Under the pieces are notes generated by a model, which ran no database searches, had not been told where the DNA came from, and saw only the letters and a program-made list of their open reading frames with translations. Below are positions 7,593 to 15,804 of a stretch of 32,000 nt of DNA, in pieces (positions within the stretch are counted from its first letter, which is position 1; every line of letters begins with the position of its first letter). Source of the stretch: Pirellula staleyi DSM 6068. Its GTDB lineage: Bacteria; Planctomycetota; Planctomycetia; Pirellulales; Pirellulaceae. Position numbers and translations under genes: made by a program. Location of the stretch: positions 2,100,001 through 2,132,000 of the forward strand of contig CP001848.1 in the NCBI GenBank assembly GCA_000025185.1. Reading direction: 5' to 3'.

Positions 7593-9866
7593 ATGATGAA
7601 ACGAATCCTTTGGACGACCCTCTCGCTCACCTTTTTGATCGGCTCGCTGCTCTGCTGTCAGCCTGTGGTTTCGGCCGCCGATCCTTCGCCAGCCGACCCG
7701 CTCGATTGGCCCTACTGGCGCGGTCCTGAGTACAACAGCATCTCGCGCGAAACAGGCCTCCCCGACACCTGGGATATCAAAGGTGGCGAGGGGAGCAATC
7801 TGGCCTGGAAGAGCGAAGCCCTCGGCGGCCGCAGCACCCCTGTGGTCCTCCGCGGCAAGATCTACACCATTGTTCGCAACAACCCCGCGACCCCTATCGA
7901 AGGCGAGAAAGTCGTTGCTGCTGATGCTGCCACCGGCGAGATCGTTTGGGAGCGCCCCAACAATGTCTGGAGCAGCGATGTTCCCGATACCCGTGTCGGC
8001 TGGGCCCCTGTTTGCGGCGATCCTGAAACCGGCTACATCTACGCCCTCGGTGCACCGGGCCTATTCCAGTGCCTCAATGGCGAAACGGGCGAAGTCGTTT
8101 GGTCTTCCCCGCTTCATGAAAAACTCGGACTCCTCAGCACCTATGGTGGCCGTACCAACGTTCCGATCGTCGTCGACGATGTCGTGGTCCTCGGCTCGGT
8201 GATCATCGGCTGGGGCGAGATGGCCCGCCCTGCTCACCGCATCATCGGTTTCGATAAAAAAACCGGCGAAATCCGCTGGTTTACGAGCACTCGCCTTCTC
8301 CCTGAAGACACCGTTTACGGCGGTCCCACGGTGGCTGTGTTCAAGGGACAAAAAGTGATCCTCACCGGCAGTGGCGACGGCTGGCTCTATGCCCTGCAGC
8401 CTCAAACCGGCAAGATCGTTTGGGAATATCAGTTCTCGCGTCGTGGTCTCAACGTCAGCCCCACGGTCGATGGCAACGTCATCTACATGGGACATAGCGA
8501 AGAAAACTGGGACGATCCCGAGAACCCCGAGCAGAAGAAAAAAGTCGGCGCAGTGGCCGCGATCGAAGGGACCCTCACCGGCAACGTCACCAAGAGTGGC
8601 GAACTTTGGAAACAGCTCGAAATCGCCACCGGAAAAGGCTCGATCCTGAAAGTCGGCGATCGGCTCTACTGCCCCGATGACGCCGGCAAAATGTTTGTGC
8701 TCGACGCCAAAACCGGCGAACCGATCGGCCGTAAAGTGAGCCTCGGCACCATCCACTTTGCGACCCCCGTCTATGCCGACGGCAAGATCTACCACATGGA
8801 GAAAAATGGTCGCTGGTACATCCTGACTCCCGACGACGAAAAGGGAGTTACCTTCAAGCGCGGCAGCACGATGGGGAACTTCCCCACCGGCGATGAATGC
8901 TGGTCGAGCCCCGTCATCTCGCACGGCCGTGTCTACGTGCAAACCACCGGCGCGCTCTACTGCTTCGAAGACAAAACCAAGACCAAGGGTTCGACCCCTC
9001 GCCCGGAAGTCGAAAAAGAAGCTCCCGTCAGCGAAGACCCGAAGCCCGCTTTGGTGCAAGTGGTCCCCGCTGAAGTGCTCATGTCACCCGGCGAGAAACA
9101 GCAGTTCAAGGTCCGTTTGTTCAACGCCAAAGGCCAACTGCTGAAAGAAACCGCTGCCAGCTTCAAGCTCGATGGTGGTGGAACGATCGGCGACGATGGT
9201 CTCTACACCGCAGCCGCCGATGCCACGCACTCGGCCACCTATGTCACCGCCACTGCCGAAGGGATGACCGGCACCGCTCGCATTCGCATCGTGCCGCCAC
9301 TCCCATGGAAGTTCGATTTCGAAGGGCTGAAAGACGCTCCGATCACCTGGGTCGGTGCTCGCTATCGCCATGTGGTGCGTCAAGTCGATGGGACCACCGT
9401 CCTCGCAAAAATCACCACGATTCCCAAGGGAACCCGCAGTCGCTCGTCGATGGGCCCCTCGAATTTGCACGACTACACCATCCAGGCCGATGTGAAATGT
9501 GCTGTCGTCGATAACAAAGTTCCCGACGTCGGTGTCATTGCCCAAGGCTATACGTTTGAGATGTCGGGCGAGAACAAGTGGCTCCGCATCAACAGCTGGA
9601 TTCCACACGACAAACGCTACTTCGTCAGCAAGGCCTTCGAGTTCGTTCCGAACACCTGGTACACCATGAAGCTGAAGGCGGCCAACGTCGATGGCAAAGC
9701 GGTGCTGCAAGCCAAGCTGTGGGAACGTGGTCAGCCTGAGCCGAGCCAGTGGACCCTCGAGATGACCGATCCAGCTCCCAACACGACTGGCAGCCCTGGT
9801 CTGTTCGGCAATGCGACGAACGCTGAGGTTTACATCGACAATGTCGCAGTTACTCCCAACGAGTAA
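7593..9866 (+). CDS. Secreted PQQ-like (BamB-type) beta-propeller repeat protein with C-terminal Ig-like and lectin/DUF1080-like region
   Basis: The signal peptide is MMKRILWTTLSLTFLIGSLLCCQPVVSAADP. Repeated propeller blades are visible (WPYWRGPEYN, GKIYTIV..TGEIVWE, GYIYALG...ETGEVVWS, GWLYALQPQTGKIVWE). The C-terminus has VVPAEVLMSPGEKQQFKV (Big_2-like) and ends in GLFGNATNAEVYIDNVAV. Confidence 0.85.
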   Translation: MMKRILWTTLSLTFLIGSLLCCQPVVSAADPSPADPLDWPYWRGPEYNSISRETGLPDTWDIKGGEGSNLAWKSEALGGRSTPVVLRGKIYTIVRNNPATPIEGEKVVAADAATGEIVWERPNNVWSSDVPDTRVGWAPVCGDPETGYIYALGAPGLFQCLNGETGEVVWSSPLHEKLGLLSTYGGRTNVPIVVDDVVVLGSVIIGWGEMARPAHRIIGFDKKTGEIRWFTSTRLLPEDTVYGGPTVAVFKGQKVILTGSGDGWLYALQPQTGKIVWEYQFSRRGLNVSPTVDGNVIYMGHSEENWDDPENPEQKKKVGAVAAIEGTLTGNVTKSGELWKQLEIATGKGSILKVGDRLYCPDDAGKMFVLDAKTGEPIGRKVSLGTIHFATPVYADGKIYHMEKNGRWYILTPDDEKGVTFKRGSTMGNFPTGDECWSSPVISHGRVYVQTTGALYCFEDKTKTKGSTPRPEVEKEAPVSEDPKPALVQVVPAEVLMSPGEKQQFKVRLFNAKGQLLKETAASFKLDGGGTIGDDGLYTAAADATHSATYVTATAEGMTGTARIRIVPPLPWKFDFEGLKDAPITWVGARYRHVVRQVDGTTVLAKITTIPKGTRSRSSMGPSNLHDYTIQADVKCAVVDNKVPDVGVIAQGYTFEMSGENKWLRINSWIPHDKRYFVSKAFEFVPNTWYTMKLKAANVDGKAVLQAKLWERGQPEPSQWTLEMTDPAPNTTGSPGLFGNATNAEVYIDNVAVTPNE

Positions 9867-10067
9867 ACTGCTAAAACTATCCCTGCTGCCGTCCCCCGTC
9901 GGTCGGCTGACACCATGAAACTGACGTACTGAAATTGATCGAGCAAGTGGAGCTGCCTAGACAGCTCCTGGGCTCGTTTGCAAATCCCCCCGAGGCCTTG
10001 GGAACTTATCGACGACCAACTCCCCGCGCGATATGCCCGGCCTGTCCTTCCGGAGAATTTTCTGATC

Positions 10068-12356
10068 ATGCAAAAGCAAAAAGCCATTCTCGCCATCACC
10101 GTGGCGACCATGCTCGGCGCGATGGTGTCGACCTTCGTTGCCGGATGTACCTCCAACGACGCACCAACCCCTGGCAGCACCACGACCGACTCGACTCCCG
10201 ATGTGGAAGCGATGATCGAGATGCCGTCGGAAGAGCCTGCCGAAGAGATGCCCGCTGAAGCGCCAGCCGAAGTACCGGCTGCGGAAGAGAAGCCAGCCGA
10301 GCCACCCACGCTCGAGGCTCCTGCCAATGAACCGGCCCAGGAAGAAAAGCCTGCCGCCGCTCCCGCCGCCGAAGAGAAACCAGCGGAAGAGAAGCCAGCG
10401 GCCGAAACTCCTACCGCTGCACCCGCCGCTGAAAAGCCCGCCGATAGCACGACCGAGAATCCCAAAATCGTCGCTGGCGAGTGGAATCAGTGGGGTGGCA
10501 ATGGTCTGCGTAACAACACTCCAGTGGCCAAGAACGTGCCGATGGAATGGGCTCCGGGCAAGTTCGATCGCAAGACCGGCGCTTGGGACAAAGCCTCGTC
10601 GCAAAACATCAAGTGGGTCGCTTCGCTCGGTAGCCAAACGTACGGCAATACCGTCGTTGCTTCGGGCAAGGTGCTGCTCGGCACAAACAACAGCAACGCT
10701 TACCTGAAGCGCTATCCCTCGGATATCGACCTCGGCGTGCTTGTTTGCTTCGATGAAAAAGATGGCAAGTTCCTGTGGCAACACTCGAGCGAAAAGCTTC
10801 CAACGGGACGTGTGCACGACTGGCCGATGCAAGGGGTTTGCTGCTCGCCCCTGGTGGAAGGAAACCGCTTGTGGTTCGTCACCAGCCGCGGTGAAGTGCG
10901 CTGCCTCGATACGGAAGGTTATTACGACGGGGTCGACAACGGCCCGGTGACCCGCGAGCCTGCTCGCCTGTTCGATCTGGTGAAGGCCGATGATGCCGCA
11001 GCCGACAAAGTCGGCCCTGCTGTCGCCGAGCTCGATGCTGGCAAGCTGAACGCCGATCTCCGCGCATCGCTGGACAAAGTGGGTGTCGCGCTTCCAGAGG
11101 GTGTGGAGGTGAAAGTCGATGCCGCTGCGAAAGCGCCTCTGAAGAAGTGGACCTTCACGGCCAAGGTGGGTGAGAGCGAACGTGAGTTTTATGTGACTCT
11201 CGCCGGGCCACGTCTTTCGGTCTTCCGAATCACCACTCCCGACGACAAAGACGAAGCCGACACGATTTGGACCTACGACATGATGAAGTCGCTCGGCACC
11301 AGCCAGCACAACATGTGCAGCTGCTCGGTGACCGCGCTCGGCGACATTCTGTTCGTCAACACCAGCAACGGTGTGGACGAATCGCATCTCGTGGTGCCAG
11401 CTCCCGATGCTCCCAGCTTCATTGCCATGGACAAGAACACAGGCGAAGTGTTTTGGACCGACAGCAGCCCGAAGGATTTGATTCTCCACGGTCAATGGTC
11501 GAGCCCAACGGTCGCCATGATCGACGGTGTGCCGCAGGTGATCTTTGGTGGTGGCGATGGCTGGCTCTACAGCTTCCGCGCCGACAAGGGGAAGGATGGC
11601 AAGCCCGAGCTGCTGTGGAAGTTCGATGCCAACCCAAAGACTACGATTCTCGAACTCGGTGGTCGGGGAACTCGCAACGACATCATCAGCACCCCGGTGG
11701 TGTACGACAACAAAGTTTACTTTGCGACCGGTCAAGATCCGGAGCATGGTGAAGGTGTCGGCATTCTCTACTGCCTCGACCCGACGAAGCGTGGTGATAT
11801 CAGTGCCGAGCTCGTGCAGAACCGCGAAGACCCCACCAAGGAAGTCGAGCGCAAGCGAATTCAAGCTGCCGTGGAATCGGAAGGTGATGTGGTGGTGCCG
11901 AACCCCAACACTGGGGTTGTCTGGGCCTACACCGAATTCGACAACAACGGCGATGGCGAAATCGATGACTTCATGGAGAAGTTCCACCGCAGCATCAGCA
12001 CGCCAGTGATCCAAGATGGCTTGCTTTTCATTCCCGACTTCAGCGGACTGTTCCACTGCGTCGATGCCAAGACTGGCAAGTGCTACTGGACCTACGACAT
12101 GCTCGCCGCTGCTTGGGGATCGTCGATGATCGTCAATGGCCACGTGTTTGTGGGTGACGAAGATGGCGATATCGCCGTGTTCGAGGTGAAGAAAGAAGCC
12201 CACGATCCTGTGGCGGAAATCAACATGGTGAACTCGGTCTACAGCACGCCGATCATCGCCAACGAAGTCCTCTACATCGCCAATAAGGATCACATTTTTG
12301 CGATCCAGGCCGAAGATGCCGTGGGGACTGGTAACGAGAAGACCGACAGCGAGTAG
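10068..12356 (+). CDS. PQQ-like beta-propeller repeat lipoprotein with long acidic Pro/Ala/Glu linker
   Basis: ATG at 10068 lies within ORF 9978..12356. MQKQKAILAITVATMLGAMVSTFVAGC provides the lipobox. An acidic linker of about 75 aa follows (EEPAEEMPAEAPAEVPAAEEKPAE...). Propeller motifs then appear (WNQWGGNGLRNN, GKVLLGTNN, GDGWLYSF, DNKVYFATG, NGHVFVGDEDGDIAVF). Confidence 0.85.
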   Translation: MQKQKAILAITVATMLGAMVSTFVAGCTSNDAPTPGSTTTDSTPDVEAMIEMPSEEPAEEMPAEAPAEVPAAEEKPAEPPTLEAPANEPAQEEKPAAAPAAEEKPAEEKPAAETPTAAPAAEKPADSTTENPKIVAGEWNQWGGNGLRNNTPVAKNVPMEWAPGKFDRKTGAWDKASSQNIKWVASLGSQTYGNTVVASGKVLLGTNNSNAYLKRYPSDIDLGVLVCFDEKDGKFLWQHSSEKLPTGRVHDWPMQGVCCSPLVEGNRLWFVTSRGEVRCLDTEGYYDGVDNGPVTREPARLFDLVKADDAAADKVGPAVAELDAGKLNADLRASLDKVGVALPEGVEVKVDAAAKAPLKKWTFTAKVGESEREFYVTLAGPRLSVFRITTPDDKDEADTIWTYDMMKSLGTSQHNMCSCSVTALGDILFVNTSNGVDESHLVVPAPDAPSFIAMDKNTGEVFWTDSSPKDLILHGQWSSPTVAMIDGVPQVIFGGGDGWLYSFRADKGKDGKPELLWKFDANPKTTILELGGRGTRNDIISTPVVYDNKVYFATGQDPEHGEGVGILYCLDPTKRGDISAELVQNREDPTKEVERKRIQAAVESEGDVVVPNPNTGVVWAYTEFDNNGDGEIDDFMEKFHRSISTPVIQDGLLFIPDFSGLFHCVDAKTGKCYWTYDMLAAAWGSSMIVNGHVFVGDEDGDIAVFEVKKEAHDPVAEINMVNSVYSTPIIANEVLYIANKDHIFAIQAEDAVGTGNEKTDSE
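10224..10446 (+). repeat. Low-complexity acidic P/A/E(K) linker-coding region (approximate bounds)
   Basis: It encodes MPSEEPAEEMPAEAPAEVPAAEEKPAEPPTLEAPANEPAQEEKPAAAPAAEEKPAEEKPAAETPTAAPAAEKPA. It also produces the spurious antisense ORF 9830..10465. Confidence 0.8.
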
Positions 12357-12390
12357 TTGTCTCGCCGGACGTGGTTTTTGCGAAAAATCG

Positions 12391-12444
12391 AGCGGACCAG
12401 TGGCCTACGATTCGAAGTATGCGACTGGTCCGCTTTCGTTTCTT
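12391..12444 (+). terminator. Rho-independent-type terminator after the second PQQ gene
   Basis: AGCGGACCAGT (12391-12401) pairs perfectly with ACTGGTCCGCT (12424-12434). The 11-bp stem has a 22-nt loop and is followed by the T-rich TTCGTTTCTT. Confidence 0.55.
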
Positions 12445-12508
12445 GTCTACACTTCAGAGGTGGCGGAATTATCGTGGTGGAAGTGTCGAACGCTGAGGTT
12501 GGCTTTTC

Positions 12509-12901
12509 GTGCGGGGGTGGTTCGTCGTGACAAAACGCGTGCTGGACATTGGCAATTGTGGCCCCGATCACTACGCGATTCGGCAGATGCTGCTGCGGCA
12601 GTTTGGGGCCGAGGTGGAGCAGGCTCACGAACTCTCCGACGCGCTCGAAATCCTCGGCAAAGCGAAGTTCGATTTGGTGCTGATTAATCGCAAGCTCGAT
12701 ATCGACTACAGCGATGGGATGGACGTGCTTGCGCACTTGAAGGGGGATGCGCGGTATCGCGATCTGCCGATGATGCTGATCACCAACTTTGCCGAGCATG
12801 AAGCGGCGGCCATTGCCGCCGGCGCAGTCCCAGGCTTCGGCAAGCGAACGCTTTACGACGATCTAACCGTTACGCGGCTGTCGCAGTTTTTGGCGAGCTA
12901 A
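12509..12901 (+). CDS. Single-domain response-regulator receiver (REC)-like protein, acidic pocket apparently degenerate
   Basis: The CheY-like pattern is VLDIGNCGPD...ALEILGKAKFDLVLINRKLD...DGMDVL...LPMMLITN...GFGK. N/C/G replace the usual N-terminal DD, and N lies at the position I align with the phospho-Asp. The start is uncertain (GTG at 12509 or GTG at 12527). Confidence 0.65.
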   Translation: MRGWFVVTKRVLDIGNCGPDHYAIRQMLLRQFGAEVEQAHELSDALEILGKAKFDLVLINRKLDIDYSDGMDVLAHLKGDARYRDLPMMLITNFAEHEAAAIAAGAVPGFGKRTLYDDLTVTRLSQFLAS

Positions 12902-12953
12902 CGCCGCCACTCACGATCTGAGCTTCGCACGGGCCGAGATTGCGACGCGCGAT

Positions 12954-13136
12954 CTACTTGGGCTTGGTGACGAACCAAGTGATGCCGCCGGTCACCAGTC
13001 CGATGACTGCTCCGATCGCGGCTTGCATGGCAAAACTGCCGAAATACATCGGGTCGGAGGTGACCCAAATCGCCATCACGTAGACCACGACCGTGAGGTT
13101 GAAAACAGCCAAGGGGAGTTTGAGCGATTCGTCCAT
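12954..13136 (-). CDS. Small two-TM membrane protein (60 aa), hypothetical
   Basis: MDESLKLPLAVFNLTVVVYVMAIWV...FAMQAAIGAVIGLVTGGITWFV has two clear hydrophobic helices. It lies downstream of, and on the same strand as, the lipoprotein gene 13300..14124. Confidence 0.5.
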   Translation of the reverse strand: MDESLKLPLAVFNLTVVVYVMAIWVTSDPMYFGSFAMQAAIGAVIGLVTGGITWFVTKPK

Positions 13137-13299
13137 AGCTGCAGTGCTTTTTTCGCGAGCGCTAGTGTTACTGGTTGTGGAACTTCAGCAGGTGGAAACA
13201 TTCACCAGCGTGCCGAGCAATATGTTCGATCGCTCGGCTGTCGAAAACCCTACGCGCACAATCTTCTTCGAAGAAGTGGGCCAGATACTTGATTGCGTT

Positions 13300-14124
13300 C
13301 TATTCCGCCGCCGGTTCCGCAGGCGTTTCGCTACCTTCTGCAGGCGTTTCGGCAGGAGTCTCTTCCGCTGGCATCTCTTCAGCGGGCATTTCTTCACTGG
13401 GAGCCGAGCCCCCTTCGTCTTTGGGGAAGGTAGCCGAGGCTGCAACGGCATAGCCCATGTCGCGATGTTTTTTGATGGCGTTTTGGTAGGCGGTGTCCCC
13501 ATCGCCATCGACTTTCACGTAGAGATCGATCGAGTAGAGTCGACCGCCACGCACCGTTTGCAACGACTGAATGGCAGCGCGACCATCTCCCACTTTGGCC
13601 AGCCGCACGTGACGTGACCAGACGATGTTGCCAATCAGCAGCGGCTTGGGAAACTCGACCATCGAGCCCTTCAGTCGATCGAGTGCCACGAGCAGTTTCG
13701 AGCAGAAGCGTGCCCCGTTGGTTTCGTCGACTCGGTCAAAACCACTCACCGGCGCGGGAATCGAGTTGACGACGATGCGGGGGAGTTCCGTCGGTTCGCC
13801 CGGGCAGAGCCAAACGAGAGCTTTGGGTTGATTGCCGACAGGTGTCCACCCGGTGGGTGCGGAGATGACAAGGCGGCCCACATCCATCGCGCGAAGTGGC
13901 TCGCCCACTTCGGGAAGGTCGGCTGCCGAGTAGGACTTGATGCTGGCCGCTTCACCACTTCCTGACGATTCCGCTTCCAAGCCACTTCCGCCAGCCCCCG
14001 AATCGCCGCCGCCACAGCCGATGGTCAGGGCCGCGCTAAGGACCAGCAGCGAGACCCGGCTGAGCCAGCTAGCAGCGCGGGGAAGTTTCGTCAGGAGCGA
14101 TCGGAAAGCGAGACCAGTGTTCAT
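13300..14124 (-). CDS. Putative lipoprotein with acidic EEMPAEE-type C-terminal tail, function unknown
   Basis: The signal plus lipobox is SLLVLSAALTIGCGGG. The C-terminus is SEEMPAEEMPAEETPAETPAEGSETPAEPAAE. The antisense ORFs 13093..13617 and 13175..13453 are judged spurious. Confidence 0.75.
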   Translation of the reverse strand: MNTGLAFRSLLTKLPRAASWLSRVSLLVLSAALTIGCGGGDSGAGGSGLEAESSGSGEAASIKSYSAADLPEVGEPLRAMDVGRLVISAPTGWTPVGNQPKALVWLCPGEPTELPRIVVNSIPAPVSGFDRVDETNGARFCSKLLVALDRLKGSMVEFPKPLLIGNIVWSRHVRLAKVGDGRAAIQSLQTVRGGRLYSIDLYVKVDGDGDTAYQNAIKKHRDMGYAVAASATFPKDEGGSAPSEEMPAEEMPAEETPAETPAEGSETPAEPAAE

Positions 14125-14490
14125 AACAGCCCCGGAATTGGCAGCGAAGAGAGGGTTTTTGAGGAGCCAGTCGAGCCGCCTATCATAACCATTTTTTCGC
14201 TAGGGTGCCAAAGGTGCGGGGTGGGATCGGCCTGGCAAGGATTCTCCGAAGAAACTGGCCCCAGAGGAGCGAAGGTTCGGCTCCCGAGAGCGAATGCTCT
14301 GGTAGGAGTGGGCAAGATCGATAAACTATGGTTCGTCGCTGCATGTCTCGCCCCTGCCCCGCGATCGAAGGGTGGCGGGGGCCGGTTGTCGATAATCGCC
14401 CCTGTTTCTCCCACCGAAGCTTGTCCACGCGTCGTCTGCGCGATTCATCTGCAATCGTCGGGCAATGGTTGTGCGGGCCCCTTCCCTGGA

Positions 14491-15069
14491 ATGCGTTTTC
14501 GTATGGTCGATCCTGCTGCCGAAACTTCCACCCCGGCCCCTGAAGCCGAAGTGGTGATCGACCTCAAAAATCCGAGTGTCGCTGCGATCTTGGCGTGGCT
14601 GATCCCCGGCGCTGGGCACTTCTATCAGAAGCGCTATGCCAAAGGGGTGCTGTTCATGAGCTGCATCCTGGGGACCTTCTTCTTCGGGCTCGTTCTGGGG
14701 GAAGGAAAAGTGGTCTACGCCGATCAAGCTGGGCCAGCAGTCCGGTGGTACACGCGCTGGCCCTATGCCTTGCAGCTAGGAGTGGGACTTCCGGCCACGC
14801 CTGCTATTTTGCAGTCGATGCGTGTCAGCAACGGGCAAGAGCCGATCTTGGGTGGCTGGATGGCTCCGCCGGTGGACGACTACGAACTGAACCAGTGGAC
14901 TGAACGTTTGAGCCTGCGGTTCGACGTCGGTCGGATTTATACGATGGTGGCGGGGCTCCTCAATCTGCTGGCGATTTACGATGCCTTCGCAGGACCGGTC
15001 GCGGGGATGGCGAAAACGCACCCTCCCGAGCCTGCTGCCGACCCGAAACGGAAGCGGGCTCCCGCTTAG
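14491..15069 (+). CDS. Multi-pass membrane protein, hypothetical
   Basis: ATG at 14491 lies within ORF 14221..15069. The hydrophobic segments are VAAILAWLIPGAGHFY, GVLFMSCILGTFFFGLVLG, ALQLGVGLPATPAIL and IYTMVAGLLNLLAIY. The LIPGAGHFYQ motif resembles a planctomycetal DUF family (name not verified). Confidence 0.7.
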   Translation: MRFRMVDPAAETSTPAPEAEVVIDLKNPSVAAILAWLIPGAGHFYQKRYAKGVLFMSCILGTFFFGLVLGEGKVVYADQAGPAVRWYTRWPYALQLGVGLPATPAILQSMRVSNGQEPILGGWMAPPVDDYELNQWTERLSLRFDVGRIYTMVAGLLNLLAIYDAFAGPVAGMAKTHPPEPAADPKRKRAPA

Positions 15070-15144
15070 CGCGAAAATCGAGGGAGTGTCGTTTCTTGAC
15101 CGTGTCGCGGTGCTGTTTTGTTAACGTCAGAAGCAGGTGATTTT

Positions 15145-15348
15145 GTGACGCCGATTCTCGCTTCGCTGCTGGTAGGTCAAACCTGGTATCTCTTGCCGCT
15201 GGTGGTGGCTGTGAGCCTCGTTTACGGCGCCACGCGTCACGAACTTCCTCGCGAAATCCTCCTGCATGCCTATCGCACCGCCGGTTGGCTCCTCAGTTTC
15301 ATGGGGGCTATTTTTTTGGTGCTGTGGGTCGTGTCGTGGTGGCTGTAA
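15145..15348 (+). CDS. Small membrane protein (67 aa), hypothetical
   Basis: GTG at 15145 is preceded by AGGTGA and lies within ORF 15118..15348. VTPILASLLVGQTWYLLPLVVAVSLVYG...GWLLSFMGAIFLVLWVVSWWL gives 2-3 TM helices. Confidence 0.55.
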   Translation: MTPILASLLVGQTWYLLPLVVAVSLVYGATRHELPREILLHAYRTAGWLLSFMGAIFLVLWVVSWWL

Positions 15349-15804
15349 AACGTTCTTCGTAAGGCAGTAGAGAACTACGTCCGTAGTCGTACACGCGTAG
15401 TCGATAGCAGCCTGCTCGAAGCACGAGCGAGCCGCTCCTGGGTGCGATCTGCCGCCCTTTGGTTGACGCTGCACGCAAGTCGGATTCTTCTGGTGGCATC
15501 GGCTCGCGGCAGACTCTACACTTGAGTTGCTCTCGTTGCTCTTCTCTCGCGAGCTCGAGGGGCACATAGCGCCACGATTCCCGATAATCCCCTCTATATG
15601 GTTTGGGGTTCAGACTACCTGCAAGTTGCCAAGCTCTGTCGCCAGGCAACAGTTGGTCGCTGATCAATCGATGAAAGCTGGCGCGGGGACAAAGTTGGTT
15701 CCTCGAAGAACTACGGCACCGATGATCCGTAGTAGGCGTGGGACGACCGTCAGTGGGGCTGCGACATGCGTGGCTCGACGCTTCTTGCAAAGTGAGGTGA
15801 TCTT

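Noticed and set aside
9957-12293. A 778-aa minus-strand ORF, together with 9830..10465, 8061..9059 and 9084..9710.
   Set aside because: These ORFs lie antisense to the two PQQ-propeller genes, which have clear signal peptides and blade repeats. Their translations are low-complexity (G/R/H/V-rich, GFSSA repeats mirroring the PAE linker).
15308-15790. A 160-aa minus-strand ORF filling the 15349-15804 gap.
   Set aside because: It overlaps the antisense of the small membrane gene. Its composition is Arg/Ser/Pro-rich, with a single CxxC and no domain-like pattern.
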